DNA of 52,645 nucleotides, filler included, from Squatina squatina (taxonomy: Eukaryota): the NCBI GenBank assembly GCA_031763465.1. It is 4 parts of 4 records of this genome, joined end to end, with 100 filler letters (N's around TTAATTAATTAA, not from the genome) between each part and the next. Parts side by side here need not be neighbours in the genome. Positions count along the whole stretch, not along the records: positions 25,766 to 39,099 come from JARFOE010000234.1; 3 more parts are not named here. The stretch is one strand, 5' to 3'. Position numbers and translations under genes: made by a program. Below, in pieces: positions 25,994-36,471 of this stretch (position 1 is its first letter; each line of letters starts with the position of its first letter). Below the pieces are notes generated by a model that saw only the letters and a list, made by a program, of their open reading frames with translations, searched no databases and was not told where the DNA came from.

Positions 25994-26534
25994 GTATACC
26001 TGAAGCATCTACAACCAGATACAGGGCTCGGGGCTTTACCTGAACACTTGGTGCATCAACTGATTAACAACCAAGTGTCTTCAGCAGATTATGTCTGGAA
26101 AGACAAACTAGTCTACTTTGCAGATTCTGATGAAGGAATCATTGGACAATTTGTACTGGGGTATAATGTATCTTCATGGCAGAGGATTTTCCAGCTTGAT
26201 GAGGATCTCATATCTCTAACAGTGGACTGGCTGGGAGGTAATCTCTACTGGATCACCAGATTACCTTGTGTAATTGAAGTGGGATCTGCAAATGGCTTTT
26301 ATAGACTTGTACTGATAGAAGAAAATCTTTATCATTCAACTTCCCTCACATTGCATCCACCAACTGGCATCATGTGTTTCTCTGACTGGGGATCAGAAGA
26401 CCAGAGAACTGGTCCAAAAATTGAATGTTCTCTTATGGATGGGCGGAAACGAAAAGTAGTTTGGAAAAAGTGTCGCCTCCCTATCGGTCTGGTCCTTGCA
26501 GAATCTGGCACTCGGCTTTATTGGATTGATTTGG
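25994..26534 (+). CDS. LDL-receptor-related protein (LRP family), YWTD beta-propeller exon
   Basis: Acceptor tttccccctctAG; open 541 nt VYLKHLQP...LVYFAD...TVDWLGGNLYWIT...LHPPTGIMCFSDWG...PKIECSLMDGRKRK...PIGL...RLYWIDL; phase-1 donor G|GTAAGT. Confidence 0.9.
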
Positions 26535-27723
26535 GTAAGTATGGGTGAAAGTGAGCACTTGCACTCAACAATGGCCCTGCTGTTCAAGAATGGTCTACCA
26601 ACTTTTTTTCCCCAGATGAAGCCTGGTATTGCTGAAGACCCTATTGGGGCAAATGAGGAATGCAAAGTGCAGTGGGTTAGAATGCTGTCCTTTTATGTGC
26701 CTGGGATCTGTTCAACCTTGAGTTAGTCATCTAGTCAAAGCTTGTTTTAAATGTGCACCAGTTCTTTAACCACTTAATCCCCATTCCTTCCCATGGATCT
26801 AAATTAGCACATTGCAATGGCAAGGTGGAAAAGATGTTGACTCCACACACTGGCCCACAATTCTAGTATATATTGAGCCCAATTTTTAGGCATGATGCTG
26901 ACCATGATCAGTGGAATGACCTGTACTCCATCTTGTTTCGGTCACTGGTAATTTTTTGCTGATTGTCCTGGGCACCTGGCTAAAACTGGTATTGCTGCTT
27001 GGATATATTACAGGCCTAACAGCTTTCTGCAAGCTGTTCCTGATGAGCAGGACAAGTACAGGGCCTGCTCCACTCAAGATTCTTTTATGCCAACCACTGA
27101 TATTCAAATTCCTATTGAACCAACAGATGATATAGTGCTCCTTCAACAACCCTCAATCCAGGATTTTTTTTTGGGTGCTAGTGAGGAGTGGTCTGATATC
27201 CATCTTAATCATGTGCATAAGGGGCCCAATCCCAGTTCAAGCTGACTTCTGGCATTCCAGTTGGGGTGGGTGCACTAACACCATTTCTTGTATGCCAATG
27301 TTGAGGGCAGTGAAGTATCTTCACACACTAGCCAGTATAATTGTACCTAGTATTTTTTGTTCACTTATCTTGTGCCTAGCTGCAAAATAAATGAATTCTA
27401 TCACAGCTGTTCTGTCCATTTTAAATCACTCATGTCTAACTGGAATTGTATCCTGACCAGCAACATTTGCCCCTCGTGAAAAAACAAGATTTTCTTTCTA
27501 GAAAATTGCTTGCATCATGGAGTGTTGGATTGATTTTCAAATAGTTAAATCTGATTGCACATTGTACAGTCAAGCAACCTGCAGATAAGAATTGTGGGTA
27601 TTTTCTGTTGCACCTCTGCACTTGTTTCCTGTTTGGCACTCCCTTTTAGATGAATGTGGTATTTCAATGTTGAATTAATTTGCTTATACCTGTTCCTACA
27701 ATGCTAACTTCTTCTATTTGTAG

Positions 27724-27849
27724 AACACAATGTTGTTGACAGTGTTCTTACAGATGGCTCAGAATTTAGAGAAGTTCAAGCAAGCCTTGGAGCCTATTCT
27801 GTGTTCGCATATGGGGAGAACACCCTGTTCTGGACAACAGTAAACAATA
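27724..27849 (+). CDS. LRP-family gene, next YWTD exon
   Basis: Phase 1/1, 126 nt, EHNVVDSVLTDGSEFREVQASLGAYSVFAYGENTLFWTTVNN; acceptor ttctatttgtAG, donor GTAAGT; in frame with the previous exon. Not in the ORF track. Confidence 0.85.
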
Positions 27850-28778
27850 GTAAGTTACCAAGTCCACTAACTTCTAACCTGGTCTATGGCTTAGATCATG
27901 ACTCTTGAATGTTTTCAATAGGTTACACAAGGCTGTGGTACAGTACAATGGGACAGAAACAGCAGCAGTGGTTTGAAGTAGAGCAGACAATTGTTGGCCT
28001 GAAAGTGTACAGCAAACAGCAGCAACAAGGTCAGTTTTCCACTGCCAATGGAATGGCCACATCTTGAGTGGGGTATCTTTTTTTTTCTGCACCCTTCAGT
28101 TCAAATCTTTCTGTAACTTGCTGGAATTGATAGCAAGATAAAGGCATGGGGCCCCTTTGAACAAAGGATTTAAAGAATCCAGAACCATGAGCAGGCAGTG
28201 AAATGGAGACAAACATTGAATATAGAAAAATAAATTTAAACTAAGTCAATTTGCTACATGCAGAAATGAAGCTTAAATGTTCCTTTTCTTGGCAGAAGAG
28301 ATTCATGACATTGCACTAACAATTATGCATCAAGGGCTCAATTAACTGCATATCCTTAAGTCAAACAGGCAATGTACAAATCCAGCAAGCACTTGCAGAC
28401 TAGAGGGAGAGATACCATTTGTGCAACTCGGTCAACAAAGTTGTAAGACTTGCAACTTATTACTTAATCTTTGGGCACCCCTAAATTGTTAATGTGCCAC
28501 TATTTTGCCAAGTGGCTAAATGTCAAACCTGAACTCCTTGACATGAGTTGGTAGAATTTGCTGCTTATCTCAAACCCCTTAAAATGTTGCTAAATATAAA
28601 TCTATTCTGCAGGATAATGAGCATACAGTCACAAACAATGCTAGAGAAATCAATTTCTGCATCAGCCCCTAAATATACAGACTCATAGAATGGGCTGTGN
28701 NNNNNNNNNTGCTTCTACAAAAGTGCATGTGGATCCTTATTTTCAAGCTGTGGTTATAACATTACTATTTTGATGCAG

Positions 28779-28994
28779 GAAGCAACTTGTGTTCTGAGAA
28801 AAATGGTGGCTGCAACCATTTGTGTCTAGCATACCCTGGAGGCAGAACATGTAGATGTTCCACAGGATATCATCTTGTCAATGGCAGTGAGTGTGAAGCC
28901 ATGCAGTGCCCACATCAGACTTGGCAGTGCCAAGATGGACTGAACTGTATCACAAATGAGCAAGTGTGTGACGGTGTAAAACATTGTGCTGATG
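28779..28994 (+). CDS. LRP-family gene, EGF plus LDLa repeat exon, truncated by a gap
   Basis: SNLCSEKNGGCNHLCLAYPGGRTCRCSTGYHLVNGSEC (EGF), then CPHQTWQCQDGLNCITNEQVCDGVKHCADG (LDLa); phase-1 acceptor tttgatgcAG. Confidence 0.9.
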
Positions 28995-29439
28995 NNNNNN
29001 NNNNNNNNNNNNNNNNNNNNNNNNNNNNNNNNNNNNNNNNNNNNNNNNNNNNNNNNNNNNNNNNNNNNNNNNNNNNNNNNNNNNNNNNNNNNNNCGACAA
29101 TGATGGTGTGCAACTTGGAGGGGCACTTGGGAGGTGATGGTGTTCCCATGCAACTGCTGCTATTGTCCTTCTCGGTGGTGGAGGTGCCAGGTTTGGGAGG
29201 TGGTGCCGAAGAAGGCTTGGCGTGAAAACACACACACAATTAATTTCAGGTATTGAGGCACAGGAACAAATGCCAATGATAATCACTGCATTAGAGGATA
29301 ATCAGAACTGAATCACTTCTATTTATGTTAAGTTAAAAAAAACAGCTAAATTATGAAAAAATAACATGAATATTTAGCATAGCTTTCATATTTGACCAAC
29401 TTTATTGAATTCTTTGAAGAAGTAACAGAAAGAGTAGAC

Positions 29440-30535
29440 AAGGAAGTGCAGTAGATGTAATATATTTGAAATTTCAAGAGAACTTTGATAAGCTAACATA
29501 TAGTAGATGACTAAGGCCAGGACATGTAGAGTCAGGGTACAAGTAGCAGAACGGATAGCAAGCTGGCTACAAAACATAAAACAGAGAATAGGGGTTAAGG
29601 CCAGCTACTCAGAACGCCTAAAGTTATGTAGTGGTGGTCCATGGGGATCAGTGCTGGGTTTACATAAACGATTTTGACTCAGGAATCAGAAATGCAATTT
29701 CAAAATTTGCGGACAACACGCAATTGGGAGATACGGTCAATACTGCAACAAATTAAAGGAAGACAATATCAACTTACAGAATGGGTGTGTAATTGGCAAA
29801 TTAATTTCAATATAGATAATTGTGAGGTGGTGCATTTCGATGGGAAGAATAAGGAGGCCACGTACTCCTTGGAGAGTCAATGGGGTAGAGGACCAATCGG
29901 ATCTAGGGGTACAGATATAAACATGACTAAAAGTTGTGGCAGGTAAATAAGGCTATAAAAACAAAGCACCGGGGTTCATTTCTACAGGGATAGAATTGAA
30001 AAGCAGAGAAGCTATGTTAAATTTATATAGAACCTTGATTACTTGTAGAGTAGTGTTCTGGTTGCCATATTATAAAAAGAATACAGAGGCACTGGTGAAG
30101 GTGCAAAAGAATATTATAAGAGAATACCAGAACTAAGTGGTTATACCTATCAGAAAGACTGAACAGGCTTCGGACTCTTTTCTCTAGAACTGAGAGGTGA
30201 CCTGATAGAAGTCTTTAAGATTATGAAAGTGTTTGATAGATTAGAAGTAGAGAAAATATTTGCACTTGTGGAGGGATCCAAAATTAGTGCCCATAAATAT
30301 CAGCTCGACACGAATAAACCCGATAGGAAATTCAGGAGGAACTTCCTTATCAAGACAGTGGTTAGAATGTGAAGCTTGCTACCACAAGGAGTAGGGAAAA
30401 CAATATAAACACATGAGAGATAGGAAGAAAGGAGTCGAAGGCTATGCTGATAGGGATAGACCAGGAGGGGCGGGAGGAGGCCCCTCTGGAGCAGGGACCA
30501 GTTGGTCCGAATGGCCTTTTCTATGTTGTACGTTC
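29440..30535 (+). mobile_element. Decayed CR1 LINE, 3' part of ORF2 plus 3' UTR
   Basis: Remnants of GVPQGSVLG, KFAD, EWVCNWQINFNIDNCEVVHF, LFSLE..RGDLIEVFKIMK, and the terminal ggtccgaatggcc...tgttgta motif; many stops and deletions. Confidence 0.85.
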
Positions 30536-30597
30536 TGTCTAATTACAAGTTGTTAAAATCCATACCGATGGCCACCACCGAATTGCATCTGGTCTGT

Positions 30598-31302
30598 CTA
30601 TAAGTCGTCATCCCAGGGAGCTGGAGCAGAGCGGCTGGAGGGTGGGAGGTCTACTACAGTGACCGGGTTGGAAATCCCAGTAGGATATCTGCTCCCAGCA
30701 AAATGGGCTGAGCTCTTCCTCGGGTAGTAGGTCATCCCGGCCGGACTCTTGCTTTTCCTCAAGTTGCCGAAGCTGAACATCAAGTGAATGCCGCCGATGA
30801 TTGTCAGGCTGCCGCCAATGAAGCCCAGGACGACGGCGTAGCCGACCGAGAGCCTGGCGCCGCCGACCGTGTTGGGGATCTGCCTGAGCCGATCGGTGTA
30901 CCAGGAGACCGCGATCAGGGTCAAGGCCCCTCCGACCCCCAGGACCAGACCCCCGACCCCCGTGATCACGTAGTTGGGCGTCTCGGTCCAGCAGCGGACT
31001 CCCCAGGAGGCCACCAGGAGGCCGGCGGCGGACACGACCAGCGAGGCGATCATCAGACCTCTGGCGATGCTCAGCACCTGATAGTCGAAGTAGGCATCGT
31101 CGCTGAGGTCGCAGCTCAGCTCCCGCACTGACTGCAGGTCCCTGCAGATCTCCCACAGCCCCTGGTGGTGGATCTCGTCCTGAGCCCCGTTGGGGATCTC
31201 GGTCACGTCCCTCCAGGCAGGGGCCACGGTGGAGGTGAGGATCAGCACATAGCCGGCGGGGGCCAGGATCAGCCCCAGAATCATCACCGCCGGGGTCCGC
31301 AT
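30598..31302 (-). CDS. CLDN23: Claudin-23 / claudin-23-like, complete single coding exon, 234 aa
   Basis: Starts MRTPAVMILGLILAPAG (human CLDN23 MRTPVVMTLGMVLAPCG); claudin W...GLWEIC...C signature; four hydrophobic segments; C-terminus PWDDDL (human PCDSDL). The ORF-track start at 31425 is a GTG upstream of the conserved Met. Orthologue versus paralogue is unresolved. Confidence 0.9.
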   Translation of the reverse strand: MRTPAVMILGLILAPAGYVLILTSTVAPAWRDVTEIPNGAQDEIHHQGLWEICRDLQSVRELSCDLSDDAYFDYQVLSIARGLMIASLVVSAAGLLVASWGVRCWTETPNYVITGVGGLVLGVGGALTLIAVSWYTDRLRQIPNTVGGARLSVGYAVVLGFIGGSLTIIGGIHLMFSFGNLRKSKSPAGMTYYPRKSSAHFAGSRYPTGISNPVTVVDLPPSSRSAPAPWDDDL

Positions 31303-31454
31303 GCTGCACCGCTTGGCCGCTCCAGCTGACCTGTAAAGCTTCGCAAACCACTGCAGCAGCGGCAGGGCGAGCCGGCCCTCTCGGGTTACACGGAAACCAG
31401 AAAGGCAGGTTCTTCGCTCTGCCACTGAACGCAGCTCCTTCTACCCACTTATTC

Positions 31455-31487
31455 TTTTTAAAGTTGAGCTGCTTTCAGCCCCGCCCC
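31455..31487 (-). promoter_or_regulatory. Candidate claudin promoter: GC box plus TATA-like element
   Basis: On the minus strand GGGGCGGGG (31487-31479) precedes TTTAAAAA (31462-31455), about 150 nt upstream of the ATG at the edge of a CpG-rich island. Confidence 0.5.
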
Positions 31488-31809
31488 ACAGTCAGGTGCA
31501 ATCCCCATCCCTCTATCACAGCAAGAAAACAGGTTTTCTTATATTAAAAAAACTCAGAATAGATGAAGACAAACTTATTTGGTGCCAAGTTGAATGTTTA
31601 TTGTGGAGAGATCTAATCAAAGTGTGCTGTAAATTATCAACGAAGATATCTGCACCTCAGCGTCCCCGCAGAACGAGTTTCTGTTTGGGTTTCGATGGAT
31701 TCTGGTGTGCATACCACGCACATATTTGGTGTCCTGTTGGTATGCGTGCACAGCAGGAACCGCTTTAGCTCATGTGCACGCTTCAGGCCGCACAAGGACA
31801 ACAGTCATT

Positions 31810-32146
31810 TAGGAATGAAAACAGAAAATGTTGTAATTACTCAATCAGCGGCTCAGGCAGCGTCTGTGGAGGGAGCAACAGAGTCGCGCCTGTGACCTCT
31901 CGTCAGAACGGGACAAAGTTAGCGGATGGAACAGGTTGTTAAGCAAGTGCACGGCAGGGAAAGGAGGGAGGGGAGGAATGAGCAAAAGGGAAGGTCTGTG
32001 ATAGGATAGAAGGCAGGAGAGATTAAATGACAAAAGGGATGATAGTACTAAGCAAAATGAGATGGTAATGGGACAAGTAAAGAAACAAAAGAAGAGTCTA
32101 GAAGAGGTGTAAATGGGAATGGCAAAAACATAACAGCTGCCATGTG
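31810..32146. mobile_element. Penelope-like repeat fragment
   Basis: gaaaacagaaaatg...tactca...ggctcaggcagcgtctgtggag...gtcagaac followed by a purine-rich tract; resembles a recalled chondrichthyan Penelope-associated repeat. Confidence 0.5.
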
Positions 32147-32249
32147 NNNNNNNNNNNNNNNNNNNNNNNNNNNNNNNNNNNNNNNNNNNNNNNNNNNNNN
32201 NNNNNNNNNNNNNNNNNNNNNNNNNNNNNNNNNNNNNNNNNNNNNNATG

Positions 32250-32475
32250 AGTTGACATGAGACCGTGTATATGTGTGTGTCAGTGTATGAGAGTTTGTAT
32301 GTGTGACTACGTTGTGTTTGTGTTGATGTATGTGTGTGTGTTTCTGTCTGTTTGAGTGCATGGTTGCATGAGCGTATCTATATGTGTGTGTCTGTGTGTG
32401 CATATGTATGTGTGGGTATGCATGTGTTGACCTATGTGTGTGTCTCTGTACATGTGTAAGGTGCATGTGTGTGCG
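32250..32475. repeat. Degenerate (TG)n-rich low-complexity tract
   Basis: Interrupted tgtgtg/tatgtg runs; source of the His/Thr-rich spurious ORFs. Confidence 0.85.
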
Positions 32476-32582
32476 GATATTCTTTTAGGAAAGTCCATTG
32501 ATAACAAGGTGCCAAAGTGCACAATTAAGTCGGAATTTGTGTGGGCCTATTTTAAAGAACAGAATTTGTCATATCTCCCCAG

Positions 32583-32807
32583 ATACACATTCCTTCTGTT
32601 CGGAGGACTTCTTATGGCGATTGTTTCCATGGGACCTTATGCAGTTCTGGTGCTCATACCTGCTGTTCTCTCAGTGGTGCTCATACACACCCTGGAGCCC
32701 AGAGCTGTCCACAGGTGGACCTTCCTCACTCAGATGGGATGGCAGACCCTCTGCCATCTCTGGCTACACTACAGAGACTATTATCTACAAGAAGCAACAG
32801 ACATTAA
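32583..32807 (+). CDS. MBOAT4: MBOAT4 (ghrelin O-acyltransferase) exon 2
   Basis: (R)YTFLLFGG...MGPYAVLV...VHRWTFLTQMGWQTLCHLWLHYRDYYLQE matches GOAT [27 protein letters not shown]; 225 nt, phase 2/2; tctccccAG and GTAAGT. Confidence 0.93.
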   Translation: MHIPSVRRTSYGDCFHGTLCSSGAHTCCSLSGAHTHPGAQSCPQVDLPHSDGMADPLPSLATLQRLLSTRSNRH

Positions 32808-33718
32808 GTAAGTGTGTAACTTTTAAACACTTTTTTTAAACACCACTTGGTGATTAAATGGTCCATTACCTAGTCTAGTGTTGCTCTCCCTTGGTTCTAT
32901 GACTATGTTCTCCTTACTCCACCCTGGTTTTATTACTTTTCTCCTACTGTAGTCTTCTGGTTCTTCCGATTCCTTCATTTTATATTGACGCCTCCAACCC
33001 AGTGTTCTCCCAGCTTTGTCTCCAGGATCTCCTGGCCACTTGCAGTGAAGCATTTACATACACAAGTGTTTGGAAGAGCTAACCACCACTAATGTCCAGC
33101 CATCTGCTTGATGGAGATCCAGCATGGGCTGCTGAGGGCTTGGGGACTCGGACTTCACAGATCGTGTGTCCAAATGGAGATTTATTTTGTAACAGGATGG
33201 TCAAGGTGAGATACCTATATGCTTGAAAAGCCCGCTGTAGACTCTGGATAAATGTAGTGATGTCCCCCAGATCTGGATGAATGGTAATATAATTCACTGA
33301 CCTTTGAAAGCTGGATACTGAGGCCCACAAGTTGGCTCAGGCATCCAGTGTTCAAGTAGAAGCCATGTTTCCTTCATTTAAATATGCCAATCTACATGCA
33401 GAATTACATAGAAATTAGGGCCTGATATTTACGGGGGAGGGGGAGTCCCAGAAAACCCAGAGACAGTGAGGCAGGACGTCAATCATTATCTAAATTTGTT
33501 TCCTGCCTGGCAGTTGGCCAGATTGATGGGCTGGCCAGCTGTCGGGCGGGAAAGCCAGCCGTAGGAAGGACTGTGGGTGACGGTCCCCGCAATCGGGAAA
33601 GATCGGGGTGTTGGGGAGNNNNNNNNNNNNNNNNNNNNNNNNNNNNNNNNNNNNNNNNNNNNNNNNNNNNNNNNNNNNNNNNNNNNNNNNNNNNNNNNNN
33701 NNNNNNNNNNNNNNNNNN

Positions 33719-33850
33719 ATTTTTAGACACTCAGGACATCAAGTGGTATGGGGAGAAAGTGGGAATATGGCATTAAGGTAGAGTATCAGCCATAATCAGA
33801 TTGAATGGCAGAGCAGGCTCGAAGGGCTCCTATTTTCTACGTTTCTATGC
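33719..33850 (+). mobile_element. CR1 LINE 3' end
   Basis: tcagccataatc...gaatggcagagcaggctcgaagggc...ttctacgtttctatg tail. Confidence 0.75.
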
Positions 33851-34025
33851 TTCAACAGTGATGGGAACAATATCTTAAAATTACATATTCTATCTGCTGC
33901 TCACTATTTTATGCATTTGGATTTTCTTTTAACAAGAATTATTCCAGCAACAATTTCATTAACTGTTGTACAAAAATAAGTCAATACATCACTATTGAGA
34001 GGACTATGCTTGGTTTCACATTCAG

Positions 34026-34278
34026 GTTCATAATAGCGCTGTCATCATTGATGCTGTTAACACAAAGAGTAACATCAACGTCATTGGATATTCAAGAAGG
34101 TGAAATCATGATTCCAGCTACAAGTATGCAGCAAAATCGCCTCGGCTCTGAAATTCTGTACCGTTCATTACCGTACTTCAGCTACATGCTATATTTTCCT
34201 GCATTACTTGGAGGGCCTCTATGTTCTTTTCAAATGTTCAAAATCCACGTGGAAAATCTTAAAAAGTCTAATCAGAAA
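34026..34278 (+). CDS. MBOAT4: MBOAT4 exon 3, 5' part, truncated by a gap
   Basis: FIIALSSLMLLTQRVTSTSLDIQEG...LPYFSYMLYFPALLGGPLCSFQ; phase-2 acceptor ttcacattcAG joins exon 2 in frame. Confidence 0.93.
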
Positions 34279-34694
34279 NNNNNNNNNNNNNNNNNNNNNN
34301 NNNNNNNNNNNNNNNNNNNNNNNNNNNNNNNNNNNNNNNNNNNNNNNNNNNNNNNNNNNNNNNNNNNNNNNNNNNNNNTAACCTGACCTACAGCTTTCCA
34401 CAAAAGCCTTGCACTTTTTAATTCAACGTGATTAAGCTTCAGTACGGGTGACCGAAGCCAGACTGAACAATAACTAATAGATCATTTGTGCCATGAGTTT
34501 TTGTAAGCACTCTCTGCCTCCTACTTTCATAAAGTAACTTGGGTTTAAGGAGGCACCCAGAGCCTTCATGGTTGATGGATCCCTTTCTGTTCACATAATT
34601 TAAACCATCTCAATGAAGTTTCAGGTAATGAAATGCAGTCTCGCAGGCTTTCCTCCCCTTGGAATCCTCTCATACGGGACCGTTTCCTCACCAG

Positions 34695-34993
34695 TAACTT
34701 CGGTTTGTATATTTTCTTGTTGGATATGTTGAGGAGGTTTGTGAGAAACTGTATCAGTGTTATAGAGCACAGTGACCAAGGGTCTCTTCAGTGGAATGTT
34801 CCTAAGGATATTTTATTGATTTGGATTACAGCTTTGATGTTCAGATTAGCGTATTACTCTCAATGGCTTCTTAGCGAATCTCTTAACAATTTAGTTGGCC
34901 TGGGACTGGGCAGCAATTGGACTGGAAAAGCTCCTCTCTCCGATGCTGAGATCTGGACACTTGAAACAACCAATAAGATATCCGAGTTTGCTC
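34695..34993 (+). CDS. MBOAT4: MBOAT4 downstream coding segment, truncated by a gap; 5' boundary inferred
   Basis: GLYIFLLDML...IWITALMFRLAYYSQWLLSESLNNLVG...SDAEIWTLETTNKISEFA, compare GOAT [21 protein letters not shown]...DADIWTLERTHRISVFS; candidate acceptor tttcctcaccAG at 34694. Confidence 0.82.
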
Positions 34994-35619
34994 NNNNNNN
35001 NNNNNNNNNNNNNNNNNNNNNNNNNNNNNNNNNNNNNNNNNNNNNNNNNNNNNNNNNNNNNNNNNNNNNNNNNNNNNNNNNNNNNNNNNNNNNCTTGATG
35101 TGCGCAAACTGGTTGCCGACTGCCCCGTTTCCTACATTATGACAGTGCCTACACACTGCAATTTCTTTCTTCTTTCTTTTTTACACCTCTCCCAATTATG
35201 TAAAACAGACAATATCAGATCGGATGCCTTTTAGAGGCGTGTAACATGTGGATGATCCAATATCGCCCATTTCACATTATCGGCAAAAGTTAAAATTACC
35301 TCCACATTTTTTAGAGCTCACCAATTTTTTTTTGCTCCATCAGTTAATTTAACACAAATTAAGGTCATTGAAAAACAGCTACTGAGTTATGCTAACTTTG
35401 TAACTGATCGATATTTTTACATGATTGACAATCGTAGTAAAGTTAAGGACTTTGGTGGCACAATGCATTAGAGCTGCATCACGGGGAGATACAAACCGAA
35501 TTCGTATCTGTGATTTTCCGCTCTGTAAGCTTCTGATCTCAGATGCCTTGTCACTGGAAATCACCAAGCGCAGGCCTGCTACTCCCACAAAAGATGGGAT
35601 GGAGAGGAAATTATGGAGC

Positions 35620-35740
35620 GAGTCATAGAATTTTACAGTACAGGAGGCCATTCAGCCCATCATACCTGTTCTGGTTTTTTGAAAGATCGATCCAGTTAGT
35701 ACCGCTCCCCACTCTTTCTGCATAGCCCTGCAAGTCACCC
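35620..35740 (-). mobile_element. CR1 LINE 3' end
   Basis: tcatagaattttacagtacaggaggccattcagcccatc motif. Confidence 0.65.
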
Positions 35741-36176
35741 CAGTTTAGGCTATGGAGAAGCCTTTGGCAGATATCTTGGAGCAGCTCATCTGGCTGCTTT
35801 CCGATAGGATGGTGTATAACACGGGAAGCCCAAAAAGTACAATGAAAAACAATATTTTTTTTTAAAACTAAGTAAGAATTGAACTGGAAAGGGTTCGTAG
35901 TGCTAATTGATCTCCCAGGAGTAAAGCTTTTGTGTCCATCTCCATTGCTATGTTTTACTGCACTCCAAACATATTTCTTGGTCCCAAGAGGGTTAACTGC
36001 AGATTTCCTGCAGTTTCTTAGTGCTACTAATGAGTTTCAAAACCTGCCAAATGCTTCAAGAATTTGCAATTAATAAACAACAGTTTCCTGGCTGGAGTTC
36101 ATTATTACTCCCTCCAGTTCTTATAGGCTCAGGGCACACACAACAAGTCAGCCAAGGGTGCACTGCAAAGAACAAA

Positions 36177-36471
36177 ATGAGCTTAGGAAACAGAGTGCCA
36201 ATGGGACAGTTCAGCTTTCTTTCCGGATCTTTGTTGCTCGTCTGCTTCTTGGCGTCGGAGGTAACAAATTGTTATGCAGATGGTCATGGGATACAGCAAC
36301 CGTTCAGTAAGGCCATTTTGGAGATGTTACATATAAACACACTTACATTTCCACGGCGTACCAAACTTCACCCGTACATGAGACTGATCTATCAGCGACT
36401 CAGCGCATCGGAGGCCAAGGACTCCACTGTAACTGAGGGGACTCTGGTCCAAAGCTTCAGGAGTATCAGAG
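36177..36471 (+). CDS. TGF-beta superfamily (BMP/GDF/Nodal-like) ligand precursor, exon 1: signal peptide and start of prodomain
   Basis: MSLGNRVPMGQFSFLSGSLLLVCFLASEVTNC (signal peptide; alternative Met at 36201) ...KAILEMLHI...HPYMRLIYQRL...GTLVQSFR, compare BMP prodomain motifs LL.MLGL, PQYMLDLYR and ANTVRSF; phase-1 donor G|GTACGG. Confidence 0.8.

Noticed and set aside
30608-31351. 247-aa alternative-frame ORF and a 115-aa antisense ORF over the claudin
   Set aside because: Low-complexity Arg/Gly/Pro products, expected as shadows of a high-GC3 CDS.
31695-31790. MDSG...FGVLLVCVHSRNRFSSCAR as MBOAT4 exon 1 (resembles FSTRAR)
   Set aside because: No GT donor at the required phase-2 position and no YQ/FPFA motif; exon 1 is more likely in a gap.
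31880-31910. Hammerhead ribozyme in the Penelope-like repeat (minus strand CTGACGA)
   Set aside because: The downstream GAAA core is absent; at most a dead remnant.
32098-32522. His/Thr-rich ORFs
   Set aside because: Translations of the (CA)n-like tract.
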